Positions 1 through 10,900 of a DNA stretch of 56,088 nucleotides are shown here, piece by piece; position 1 is the first letter of the stretch, and every line of letters starts with the position of its first letter. Source of the DNA: Candidatus Omnitrophota bacterium (GTDB lineage: Bacteria; Omnitrophota; Omnitrophia; Omnitrophales; Aquincolibacteriaceae). Location: the NCBI GenBank assembly GCA_043821445.1, contig JBDRCT010000012.1, forward strand, positions 1 to 56,088, read 5' to 3'. The notes below the pieces were generated by a model that was not told the origin of the DNA, did not search any database, and worked only from the letters and a program-made list of their open reading frames with translations. A program made the translations under genes and the position numbers.

Positions 1-155
1 AAAGCATCTAAGCGCCAAGCCAACTCCAAGATAAGATTTCCCAACCGGTTTTCGGTTTAGAAGACCCCTTGAAGACTACAAGGTTGATAGGCAGGATGTG
101 TAAGGGCCGTGAGGCCTTCAGCTTACCTGTACTAATCGGTCGTTCGGCTTGACAA
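1..155 (+). rRNA. rrl: 23S rRNA, 3' end (partial)
   Basis: Conserved 23S 3' motifs AAAGCATCTAAG, GTTGATAGG, GTACTAAT and GGCTTGAC; followed by a 5S rRNA. End position approximate. Confidence 0.95.
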
Positions 156-388
156 TCTTTACATTCGCCACATATCGCGGCGGATGGCATTTATTTTTGA
201 TTGCCGGGACCTATTCACTCCGTTAGACTTTCAAATCCGGTTATACCTGTGTGCCCATTTTGCAAATCGCATACACGCATAATTCGGGATGAATTTTAAG
301 GAAGTAAAAGTCTAACGGGGTTCACCCCCATGGTCAGATCGTAACATTTGCACGTGAAGCGCAAAACAGCGCGACTTCACGCATCGTC

Positions 389-506
389 TTCCGGTGGCCA
401 TAGGAGAGGGGCAACACCCGTTCCCATTCCGAATACGGAAGTTAAGCCCTCTACCGGCGATGGTACTAACGGAGCAATTCGTTGGGAGAGTAGCAAACTG
501 CCGGGA
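389..506 (+). rRNA. rrf: 5S rRNA
   Basis: CCCGTTCCCATTCCGAATACGGAAGTTAAG, GATGGTACT and GGGAGAGTAG motifs; terminal stem CCGGTGG/CTGCCGG; about 118 nt. Confidence 0.96.
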
Positions 507-515
507 TTTATTATC

Positions 516-553
516 AAAAACCCGCATTGATTAACCTCGGTGCGGGTTTTTTA
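516..553 (+). terminator. Rho-independent terminator of the rRNA operon
   Basis: AAAAACCCGCA...TGCGGGTTTTTT stem plus U tract directly after the 5S gene. Confidence 0.85.
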
Positions 554-628
554 TTTCCAGCCAAAGGATTTGTCAGGTCATGGGAAGCGTGGTAAGATTT
601 GCCCATCCTCGAGATGGAAAGGGTAAAT

Positions 629-1021
629 ATGCCGATCCAGAAACAGCTTTCCGTGTTCCTTCCAAATCGTCCCGGCGTGATGGCGCGAACCTGCTCCACG
701 CTCTCGGATGCGGGTATCAACATTCTCGCCATGGCCGTTCACGACACCGTGGATAACGCGGTGATCCGTTTTATCGTCGATCATCCCACTAAGGCGACCC
801 TCCTTCTTGAACAAGAAGAACTTTACGTGATGGAACAAGACGTCGTCGTCGTGGAGATCGACAACAAAACCGGGACCCTCGCGCGCGTCTGTCAAACTCT
901 CGCCGAGGCGGATATTAATATCGCTTACGCCTACTGCACCGCAACGCCAAATCAGGAATGCGGCTGCCTCGTGATCCGGACCGACCAGCCCGAACGCGCC
1001 CAAGAAATCTTGGGCAAATAA
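629..1021 (+). CDS. Tandem ACT-domain protein
   Basis: QLSVFLPNRPG...LSDAGINI and second repeat DNKTGTLARVCQTLAEADINIAYAY; ATG 629 chosen. Confidence 0.85.
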   Translation: MPIQKQLSVFLPNRPGVMARTCSTLSDAGINILAMAVHDTVDNAVIRFIVDHPTKATLLLEQEELYVMEQDVVVVEIDNKTGTLARVCQTLAEADINIAYAYCTATPNQECGCLVIRTDQPERAQEILGK

Positions 1022-1032
1022 ATTCCACGCGC

Positions 1033-1803
1033 ATGACCCTTAAAATCCTCTCCTGGAATGTAAATGGAATTCGCGCCATTCAGAACAAAGGGTTTTTGGA
1101 ATGGCTCGAGAGAGAAAAACCGGACATCCTGGGCGTTCAGGAAACTAAGGCACACCCGGACCAGCTCGATACTTTTTTGATACATCCTACCGGATACGAG
1201 ACTTACTGGGCATGGTCTACGGTTAAAAAAGGCTATAGCGGTGTCGCGATTTTTACGAAAGAAAAGCCTCTTGGCATGAAACGCGGATTCGGCGTCAAAC
1301 GATTTGACGACGAAGGGCGCGTTCTCGTGGCTGAATATCCGGACTTCGTTTTTCTCAACATCTATTTCCCGAACGGAAAAATGAGCGAGGAGCGCCTTCA
1401 GTATAAAATGGATTTTTACCATGAAACAATGAAGTTCACGAGGACGCTCAAGGCGGAAGGCAAAAAGGTCGTCATCTCCGGGGATTTCAATACCGCGCAT
1501 CAAGAGATCGATCTCGCCCGGCCTAAAGAAAACGAAAATGTTTCGGGATTCTTGCCGGTCGAACGGGCATGGCTTGACCGTTGGGTTGCCGACGGGCAGG
1601 TGGATATTTTCCGGAAATTCCATAAAGAGCCCGGACATTATAGCTGGTGGGATATGAAGTCGGGGGCCCGCGACAGGAATATCGGTTGGCGCATTGACTA
1701 TCATTTTGTGACCGGAGATCTTGTGTCGCGCGTGAAGAGCGCCACGATTTTACGCGATGTGGTAGGATCCGACCACGCGCCTGTGGAAATACAACTAAAA
1801 TAA
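1033..1803 (+). CDS. xth: Exodeoxyribonuclease III (AP endonuclease)
   Basis: SWNVNGIRA, QETK, GYSGVA, GDFNTAH, GWRIDY and SDHAP motifs. Confidence 0.95.
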   Translation: MTLKILSWNVNGIRAIQNKGFLEWLEREKPDILGVQETKAHPDQLDTFLIHPTGYETYWAWSTVKKGYSGVAIFTKEKPLGMKRGFGVKRFDDEGRVLVAEYPDFVFLNIYFPNGKMSEERLQYKMDFYHETMKFTRTLKAEGKKVVISGDFNTAHQEIDLARPKENENVSGFLPVERAWLDRWVADGQVDIFRKFHKEPGHYSWWDMKSGARDRNIGWRIDYHFVTGDLVSRVKSATILRDVVGSDHAPVEIQLK

Positions 1804-1867
1804 CGCAACGTACTACGCGCAACACGCAACGAAAAGGTTTAGACGTTGAGCGTTGCGCGAAGGAAAA

Positions 1868-2311
1868 ATGAACTCACTCACTAAAAAAATTCTGATTGAT
1901 GCACCTTTGGAAAAGATCTGGGCCATTCTTGCCAACGTCGCCCGTACGCCTGAATGGGTCGATGGGGTCAAGGAAAGCGAACGGACCGGAGCCGTTTGTA
2001 AAGGAAAGGGAATGAAGTGGCGCGAAAGTTGCGTTTTGGACCGCCAACACATTGAGGTCGAACACGAAATGAAGGTTTGGGAGCCCATGAGCCGCGCTGT
2101 GATCCAAAGCGTTCTTCCCATGAACGGTTCGATGACGCGAACGCTTGCCTTTAGTCCAAAACCGGGAGGCGTCGAAGTCGCGGTGGAATTTCTTTGGGAC
2201 CTCGGGATCGCGGGGATGCTCCTCGGGGAAGAAAAAGTCCGGAACATTCTCGATCAAAGCTTTGAGAACACGCTCACGAACTGGAAGGATCTGGCTGAAA
2301 AAAACGGATAA
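1868..2311 (+). CDS. SRPBCC/polyketide-cyclase-like (START fold) protein
   Basis: N-terminal IDAPLEKIWAILANV..TPEW pattern and C-terminal helix; AAGGA RBS. Confidence 0.75.
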   Translation: MNSLTKKILIDAPLEKIWAILANVARTPEWVDGVKESERTGAVCKGKGMKWRESCVLDRQHIEVEHEMKVWEPMSRAVIQSVLPMNGSMTRTLAFSPKPGGVEVAVEFLWDLGIAGMLLGEEKVRNILDQSFENTLTNWKDLAEKNG

Positions 2312-2360
2312 CGGGTGGAAGATAAAATTTTTACATGATCCGCCATCCACCGTCCGATTT

Positions 2361-4628
2361 TTAGACGGATTTTTTGGGGAGTTCCTGCGACAAGATTTCC
2401 GTCACAAGATCTTCTAAGAGGGCCAGAAAGGCGGGGTCCTTGGCCGCCCGGTAGAGGCTGGGATTCAGAGTGATGATCCTGAAGAGGACAAGCGACACAG
2501 GTTTTTCCGGCAAGACGACATAGGCCCCTCTCGGGTGACCGTTCTTCATGATCGCAAAAGGGTGCTTTTTTGCGAGCCGTTGGAAACGCGGCATTTTTTC
2601 GATCATCATGACAATGTCCACCGCTTCAAACCGGTCGATCCCGCGAATAGAAGAGAGGGCTTCCGGCATTTCCGTTGCCGGGACGTCCTGAGCCAGCGAG
2701 ATGATATCGCCGTTACTGACGGCCTCCTCAAGAAGTCTTACGGTTTTTTTCTCCGAAAGCATTTTGGTGAGGATGCTGACCGAAGAGACCAGCATCGCTT
2801 TTTCCCGCCGTTCCTGTCCTTGTGCCAGCCAGTCCCGCACGGTTTGGCGCTGTTCCCCACGGGGCTTTGCCATAAACTCATTGACCCGCAATCCCGAAGC
2901 GCTGACCTCAACTCCTGCTCCGGGTCTCGGGGCGGCCTTTCCTTCGTTGGGAAGATGGGCAATCCTGGCGGGCTGTGATACGACAACCACGTCTCCCACA
3001 AAAACTTTTTTGGCTTCTCGAACATCACGGGTCTGCATCAACACCTTATAACTTTCCGAAAACCTATCATCGATCCAGGCAATGGCGTTACGAAGCTCCG
3101 AGAGGGTATCGGAGTCGGGTGAAGAATGAGGGGTGGAGGAGGGCGTCGAAATCGATGACAACTTTTCATCAGCCGCCTTCTGCTCCCCGCCTTCCGCCAT
3201 CCTGGATTCATAAAGTTTTTCATTCATGGTGGTGCCGCCCAGCTCGGGAGCGACCGTCATGTAGGGAATTCCGGTATCGCGGAAGCGTTGAGAGAGTCCG
3301 TTCGTGTGGAAACCGCCCGTGACGATCGCGATATTCCCGGCCAGGGAGGGATCGTTTACGATCCTGTCAAAAAAGATCTCATCGCGTTTTTTAACCACCT
3401 CATAAAAATCAACAGACAAGGAAAGCGCTTCCGAGAGACCGGTGATGGCGAGCTCGAACTCAAAGAGAAATTTTTCGATTTCATAAGCTTTGATATCCGC
3501 AGGCGATGCCTGCAATAAAAGAATGCGACGCGCGAGATAAAACCGTTCGGTTTTCTCCCACAGAGTGTTCTCCTCGGGGGCATGGACAAGTTTTCCAAGG
3601 ATGCGGCCGGTCAAGGTTTCGATCTGCTCCGTCAATTCGGTCAGAGAAATTTGATCGCGCAGCCGATAAAGATGCGTCAATTTCTTGATCTCAGGATAAA
3701 ACCCGAGCTTTTCCGGAGGGATCTTGCCTCCGCGAACCAGCTCCTCGAGCGTCCAGGGTGTGTTCTTGTATTCCCGCATCAGAAGTTTCACCTCCTGCTG
3801 CAGGCGCTCCTTCTCGAACTGTTTCTCTAAGGCCATGATATCTCGCATCAGCATCATCTGAGCAAGGTCCGAAGAATCGACGCCTTGCGCCTCGGCGGTT
3901 TTTAAAAGCGCCGGGAAAAATTTTCCGAGGTCCGAAGTTTCCCGGAATTTAAAAAAGCCGTTTCCAAAAATCATAAGTTCCGGCCCCCAAGCGGATCTTT
4001 GCGATCCCTCAAGGGAAGCTCCGTAAGTCCGGAGTTTTTCGGTGATCCCTTCTGTTTTTTCGAGATGATCCAGAAAAAGAGCCCTGTTTTTTTCATAGGA
4101 CGTCTCGTCTTCCATTCCCACAAGCGCGATCGATTTTGGGCACATGATCGCGGCATAGCTCGGTCCCGAGATCCTGGCGTCGTCCAGCAGAGTCCCGGCG
4201 AGAAGTTGCTTTTCACGCGAGGTCGGGATCGCGTGACTTTTGGGAAGGGAAGTAGAGGTCCAGGCGCCTTCGAGCGCAACTTTCTCAATGCCAAATACCG
4301 TGCAAAGCCGCTCCAGAATAGCCGCGATGTTCTGCTGGGCGATCGTGTGCGCATGAACATCCTGGATCTGAAGGATCGTTCTGGGGCTTTTGCCAGCCTG
4401 CGAATTAGCGAGGCTTGCTCTTTCTTCCGGTCGGCCGGCGAAACGTTCCCGGACTTTCCCGATCTCTTCGGGGAATGCGAGGTTCCATAAGGCGACGGAA
4501 GTGTCGGTGCCGGTCTCAGGCGTTTCAGATCTCGACAAGATGGGGGCGGCGGTGAATACGAAGATCAGAAAAAAGGCAGTAACGAAGAACCTTTTTATCG
4601 GCATAGCGCTCATTTCCCATTTCTCCAA
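2361..4628 (-). CDS. Signal-peptide protein, cargo-less paralog of the giant protein (EreA/TIKI-like N-terminal domain plus C-terminal domain)
   Basis: Hydrophobic N-terminus (FFVTAFFLIFVFTAA); IQDVH, ALEG, KRDEIF and IVTGGFHT are collinear with the 5091-aa protein. True start may be 4613 or 4604. Confidence 0.8.
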   Translation of the reverse strand: MEKWEMSAMPIKRFFVTAFFLIFVFTAAPILSRSETPETGTDTSVALWNLAFPEEIGKVRERFAGRPEERASLANSQAGKSPRTILQIQDVHAHTIAQQNIAAILERLCTVFGIEKVALEGAWTSTSLPKSHAIPTSREKQLLAGTLLDDARISGPSYAAIMCPKSIALVGMEDETSYEKNRALFLDHLEKTEGITEKLRTYGASLEGSQRSAWGPELMIFGNGFFKFRETSDLGKFFPALLKTAEAQGVDSSDLAQMMLMRDIMALEKQFEKERLQQEVKLLMREYKNTPWTLEELVRGGKIPPEKLGFYPEIKKLTHLYRLRDQISLTELTEQIETLTGRILGKLVHAPEENTLWEKTERFYLARRILLLQASPADIKAYEIEKFLFEFELAITGLSEALSLSVDFYEVVKKRDEIFFDRIVNDPSLAGNIAIVTGGFHTNGLSQRFRDTGIPYMTVAPELGGTTMNEKLYESRMAEGGEQKAADEKLSSISTPSSTPHSSPDSDTLSELRNAIAWIDDRFSESYKVLMQTRDVREAKKVFVGDVVVVSQPARIAHLPNEGKAAPRPGAGVEVSASGLRVNEFMAKPRGEQRQTVRDWLAQGQERREKAMLVSSVSILTKMLSEKKTVRLLEEAVSNGDIISLAQDVPATEMPEALSSIRGIDRFEAVDIVMMIEKMPRFQRLAKKHPFAIMKNGHPRGAYVVLPEKPVSLVLFRIITLNPSLYRAAKDPAFLALLEDLVTEILSQELPKKSV

Positions 4629-4923
4629 AGGGTTGCTGGAGATGCGTCCTTAATATATAGCCCAGAACCTGTTTTTAATCAATATTTTCTCCAGAACGTG
4701 GCAATACTTTGTTGGCTTGATGTTAAACTGCGGAAGTCTCAGGATTGTCAATCGCTATCAATTTATAGCAAAGAATGCTAAAGAGAAACATGGTTTTTTG
4801 CCGAAAAAAGATGTTAAACATACTGTAATAAATCCTTTTCCAATGGGTTGAAATTTAAAGAATATGTGTTAGGCTTCCCCTAACTAGACGGTTTGAAAAT
4901 TCTGAAAGGAAAATGTCCATTTC

Positions 4924-7900
4924 ATGAATTGTCTCAAGCAGTTACGAAGATTTTTTTCGGGTATGATCGCTGTCACTTTCTTCGTGACCAACACGCTTGT
5001 TCCAGCTCCCATCGCCCACGCTGCCAACGTGGAGTCCCCGGCATTTATCTCCTCTTTCACGATTCCTGTGGAATTCGGCAAGGTTACGGACAGGATCAAA
5101 GGCTTTGAAAGCGGTTCCCTTCTCATCCACATCCAGGAAGCCCATGCCAATTACGATGCGCAAAAGAACATCAAAAATATTCTAGAGCATCTTTCTAAGA
5201 ATTACGGTATCCGGTTGGTGCTTCTGGAAGGCGCAGGGAATAAGCTCGACGCGACATTATTTAAATTTTTTCCCAAGGAACTCGAGCTCCAGGAGGCAGT
5301 AAACGAGAAACTCATGCAAGCAGGTGAGCTTACGGGTGCTGAGGTTTTTTTAATGGATCAAACATTGTCCGGAGTAAGAAGTGCGGAGTACGGCGGCAAG
5401 AAAGAAACAAACTCCGTACGCCGTACGCAAGACGCCATTCTAGCTGAAGGCTATGGCGTTGAGAAAGCGGAAGCGTATGCTAAAAACCGGGAGGCTTTCA
5501 AGCGGGTTTTTGAAGGACGCGAGCTTGCGCAGGACTTTTTAGAGACCTTTTATCGTCAGTGGCAGAAATACGCCTCGCTTTTACCGAACAAACCCCTGAA
5601 GGAATTCTTGATTCGCGAGACAGCTTTCGAAGAAGGACGGTTACCGCTCGCGGATTGGATGATCTTCTTGAAAACGGCAGCGGCCCGCAATCTCAGGCTC
5701 GATCTGGATCATGTCTTGGAACAAAAGGATTGGCCGGTTCTTGTCCGGTATTTTCGGTTGAAGGCGATCGATCCCAAAATAGATACGACAAAAGTCAAAA
5801 TAGAGCAAGAAAAGTTTTTAGCTGAAATCAACGCCTTGGAGGGTGAAAGGCGGAGGGTGGAAGGCGCCCGCCTGCCGGACGGGCAGGTAAAAACCGAAGC
5901 CCCATCCCCCATCCTCCATCTTTCACCCATCGTTAAAGAGGTTACTGATATTTTTGAGCAGTCAAAAAAGAACGATCTCCCAGCTTACAAAACCCGCTTT
6001 GTTCTTGAAAAATTGCTCGATCGGCTTCCCAAAGATTTTTCGTTCGATGCTTATCCCAACCTTAGACTCTACCTTCAACAGATCATTCTCTTAAGCGAAA
6101 TACAGGGCGACGCCCTGCAGGATGAGATCAAATATCTGACCGGAAAACTGACAGCCCGTCTTATCAAGACCGAACAAGACCGTCAATTCGCGGAGATCCT
6201 GCATGATTTCCGTCTTGTCAAAAAACTTTTTGCACTCGAACTGAGCCGCAGTGAATATCAAACCATCCTTTCTGACAAGATCACGCTCGAGAAACTGCTC
6301 CAGGAGCTTCAGGCGCAAGACCCGGAAGCGAAGGTCCTCAACAAGAACCCTTCACCCAAGCTTTTGCGCCTCCAGTCTCTTTACGGGACGGCAATCCGCT
6401 TTTACGAAGGAGCGATCAAACGTGAAAATTGGATGATGAAGCAAGCGTTTGTGCGCATGCAGGAACGTAAGCAGACGAAGGCCGTGCTCATCACGGGAGG
6501 GTTCCATACGGAAGGCCTCAAAGAAAAAGTCCTTAGCACCGGCAGTTCCTATGTTGAGATCACGCCGCGTATCGGCGAAGTCGCTTCCCAAGACCGGGAA
6601 AATTATTTAAGGGCGTTGCTCGGAGGAAACTTCAGCACAACGCGCAACGCGCAACGCACAACGCAAGACAAAACCGTTGCGCATAGAACGTTGAGCATTG
6701 AGCGAAGTGAGATCGCAGCGTTGGTGCGAAGCGATATGCGTTTTTTGAAAGAGGTTTTTCCGAAAAATTGGCGCAGAGAATTAGCAGAGTTTGGAACAAA
6801 CCTTCGCGGCAAGTTGCGACAAGTCGTCAGCTCTGACAGGGCGCAAAAGACAGTGAGTGATTTTCTTGCAGCGGCTATGGGCGTCCCGGCTTCGCAGCCG
6901 GCCGCCGCCCGCTCGGAGATGCGGCAAGCCATGCAAGACGTCGCCAGCGCAAAACCGGACCTTCCGGGACTGACGCTGGGGCTTTCGTTGGATATCGGGT
7001 CCGAGAGGCGAGGGGCCGGGCTCGTCGAATTCGGCGCATTTAAAAAAGCGGCAAGATTGCTGGCACCTCTTAAGGAGAGTTTCGGGATGGGCCGCGTCTA
7101 TCCCTATAACAGTCTTTTTGAAATGAGCGATATCTCACGAGGTGTCCACCAAGTCCCCGACAGGGGAGAACATTTTATAACCTCCCCGGACGGCAAAACG
7201 ACCGTGAGGGTCGTGAATTATGAAACCAAGCGCGAGGAGGTTAGCGGAGTGACCCTCCGGGACGACAAAGGGAACTCTTTCTCCATTTTTAGTATGTTGA
7301 AACTTAATCCCCATTTATCCGATTCGAATGCCGGAAACGGGACCGCCGAAAAAACGCAAAGAGACGTTATAGCCTTCAACAAAAAGGCCCACAAGCTCGG
7401 GATTAAGACCGTGGCCGATTTCATTCCCTGGCTTGCGCCTGATGCCATCGATGAAAATAACCTCGACTGGGTTTTCCACGAAAAGCTAATCCCTGAAGAA
7501 AACCAGCATTTTCGCAACCTTTCCCATGGCGACAAACAAGCTTATATCAACAGTCTTATAAGGGAAAAAGGGGGAGCCTTTTTTGTCCGGAGAATAGGTC
7601 GGGGGGACAATGAAGAAGTCGTGCTGATCCGGCATCTTCCCGGCATGGGCATCTATAACGTCGATCAAGCCCTGCTGAATGTCTACTCGCCGAAGGTCCA
7701 GGATTATTTCAAACGATCGCTCAGGTTCCTCATCGATCTCGGGTTCGATACGATCAGGGTCGATACGGGATCTTTGCTGTTGAAGGAGAATTTGTCTGGA
7801 TTTCTTGCCGGGGCCGGTTTAAGTCCCGAAACCTCAACCCAAGGGGACCCGCTGCGGGAGATCATGCGGGACGCCTCGGGATACGCAAAACAAGAAGGCC

Positions 7901-10900
7901 GTTCTTTCGAACCCATATTCGAAACCTACGGCTGGGACGATCAAAAGGCCCTGATCGAGGCCGGCGATCAATCCGGCGTCGCCGTTTATGAAGACGGTCT
8001 TTTTTGGGCACTGCTCGAATTCGCGCGCAATCCCGCCGTTGGAACCTATAAGATCGCGGAAAAGATCAAAGAAGTCCTCCTTTTCGGTGTCCAGCATCCC
8101 GGGGAAAAGAAAAAGTTTCTTTTGTATCCAACTAATTTTGATCAAAATGCTCTCCAAGCGATGGGGAAGATCGGGAATGGATTTTCGGTCGCCGGCGTGC
8201 TCGCCCTTTCCCTTGTCACGGCGTATCTGGCGGGGGATTTTGGCGTTGTTAATGTTTTTCTAATCCTTCGGGACATGTTAGGTCAGAGCGGAGATGTCCA
8301 CCCGATCGTTGGCGGAGATATCCTGGACAATCACGCTTCCTTGGGAGGGGAACATGCCCATCCCTTTGTAAGAACTTCGGAGGAACTCGCCGCCAGGACC
8401 GATATCCGGAGACTGGAACAGGCGATCCGCGAAGCTTCTTCCGCGAAGTTTTTGAAGGCCCTTTTTTCAGCCACAAAAGAATCCCACCAGACCTACATCC
8501 AGTTCCTCGATAACGCGGATCGACAGCGTGTCATCAGCCTAGGGTGGAAAAATGAAAAAGAGGAATGGGTGGTTTTCGCGGTGAATCTCAGCCCCCGTCA
8601 AGGACCGCTCGACCTTCGATTCATCGAATTTCCTTCCCAAGCAACGGAAAATATCCCGCTGGAAGGTTGGGAAGCCAAAGACGCCCTGACGGGGGAGCTT
8701 TTTTCGATTGTGAAGGAAATAGCCGACGGGAAGGAATTTCCAAGGATCCTGGGCGTCTCTTTCAAGGATGAGGACTATCGCCTGATCGTTCTTGCTCCGA
8801 AAGAGGAAAAAAACCGCTCGGAGGCGAGAGGGGTTACGGCACGGTCCGAAACGAGAACTCTTGACGAAATTGCCACGGCAGCGTTTCGGCATTATCGCAC
8901 CCATTTGACCGGTTATGTGGAAATAGGGGGGAGTGAGTTTTTGATAAATCCGCGGATCAGCAACAGTCTCGTGCTTCTTATCAAGCCTTCCATCGGTCCT
9001 ATTACCCAAAAGACGATCGCCGAGATCCTGCGGGCGGCTAAAACGCGCGGCTATTTCGCGAACGCCATTCGCGTGGTTACCTCGCATGACATCCGAGAAC
9101 AGAAGATCATGGAAAGGCATTACCCCCGACATACGGACGTCGCAACAAAGGGCTGGGCGATTCTTAGCAAGAGAGAACAAGATGTCCTTAGAGAGCATTT
9201 GGCCGGTTTATCTTTTTCCAAGGAATTACTAGAGGCAAGCCATCCCGTACTTTCTGCCTCGGAATTCATGGAAAAAACAGGACTTTCGGCGGAAGTGCTG
9301 GCGAAACTCTGGGCGGCTTCCAAAAACGTCCGGAAGCTCAGCCGCGGGGCAAGGGCATTTCGCGTAGGTCTCATCACACTTTCTCGAAATGCAAACATTC
9401 CGGCGCGTTACCGCGGGGCGACCCTGCCGGTCCTTAACGGATTTTTGCCGGCACTTACGGAGGATTTTACGAAGGCCAAATATCCCACGGTCGCGATCTG
9501 GTTTAAAAAAGACCCGGAGGCGACGGGTGCGGCCACATTGCAGCAAATGCAAGAAGAATTTGCCGGCGAAATCAATCCAGAAGAAGCGGCACAGAAGCAT
9601 CCCGACAGTTTACGCGGGCGTGCCTTCCGAAAAGACCATAGGCTCGGACTTTTAGGCGAGAAGATGACCCCGCGGAAGAACTTTATACACTTAACAGCGC
9701 CTGAAGATATAGCGACCTGGGCCAAAAAAAATGGATTCTACTCCGAAGGGGAATTCCACGCTTGGTTTAACGATCTTTCAAACTATAAACCAAGAAAATT
9801 TCCGGCCAAAGGGCTCAAGAAAATTGCAGACGGCGAAGCGAAGGGATTCGAATATTTTGGGGCCCGTGAAGCCCGGGACTATATGAACGGCGCAGCGTTT
9901 CATCTGAGCGGGTTCGAATTAACAGACAAGACCGAGCTCGCCTACGATTTCATAACAGGATTCCAAGTCCGTACCGCTCAATTGAAAAGAATTTCGGATA
10001 AAAGGAGAGAAAAGGCACTCTTTTATTACAGCAAGGCGGATTTCAAAGGTTTTGAGGGAATGAAGCCCTCAGAGTTTCTTAAGGCAAAAGGGGTCTCTTT
10101 GGAGCAAGTGAGGGGGAAAAACATCCATGTTATCGACAAGTATTCCGGGATGCCCTTTCACAGAACAATTCCTCACAAGGCCACGGACCTCGCGAAAGAG
10201 TTAAAGCCGTTCGAAGGATTAAATGTTACGACAGTTTCGGATCTCGATTTGCTCTGGGTGGAAAAAACTAGCAACGACTCCGAGGAACAGGATGAAGCCG
10301 TCGATAAGACAAGCCGTTCCGAGATGCGGGCAGCTTCGGAAAAAGCAGGGCTTGAGGCGTATACCGTGGTCAGCCGTCAACTGGAGGCCGGTCTTGACCG
10401 CAGTATTTTGGAAGCACTCAACCGGAAATTAACCCAACGTTTTCAAGGGATGGGAAGCATGATCCGGCGCTATGTCGGTCTGGTCGCTGAAACCACGTTG
10501 ACCGGAGGGCTAGGCGCGCTCATGCATGACCTTTTTCCGGCATGGGCTCAAAATCTGGGGTTACAAAACAAGCCCAAAAAGGACCTTCTCGCTATCAACG
10601 TGATTTATGATCGAATTAAAGGACAACAGTACGCCAAACATCTTCCGGACGAGGTGCGGCAAGGGAAGGCGACCTTAGGCGATTACTTGCGCAGTGTTTT
10701 AAAAATGGATAAAAGCTTACGGCTTTCCTTTAAATTGGAGATTGAAGATGACTTCCGTCACAAGGCCGCAGATGAAAAGGCGTGGGCGGAACAAAACGGA
10801 TCCCCCGATTACAAAGAGGCGACCCGTAAGGCGAAAAGTATTATCGGCAAAAAGATCTATGTGGACATTTATCCAACCGAAACGCACTTTAATCAGGCTC

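Noticed and set aside
8-530. Small ORFs over the rRNA region
   Set aside because: They coincide with 23S and 5S rRNA sequence.
6910-6924. RSEMR DNA (GGAGATG) as an internal Shine-Dalgarno plus start codon, or as a DNA recombination repeat
   Set aside because: GGAG abuts the ATG with no spacing, other copies use GAA, several variants lack Met, and synonymous codons vary. This points to peptide-level conservation.
10080-10255. GlpX-like (FBPase II) fragment in module 2 (IHVIDK...VTTVSDLDL)
   Set aside because: The resemblance is too short and weak to support without a profile search.
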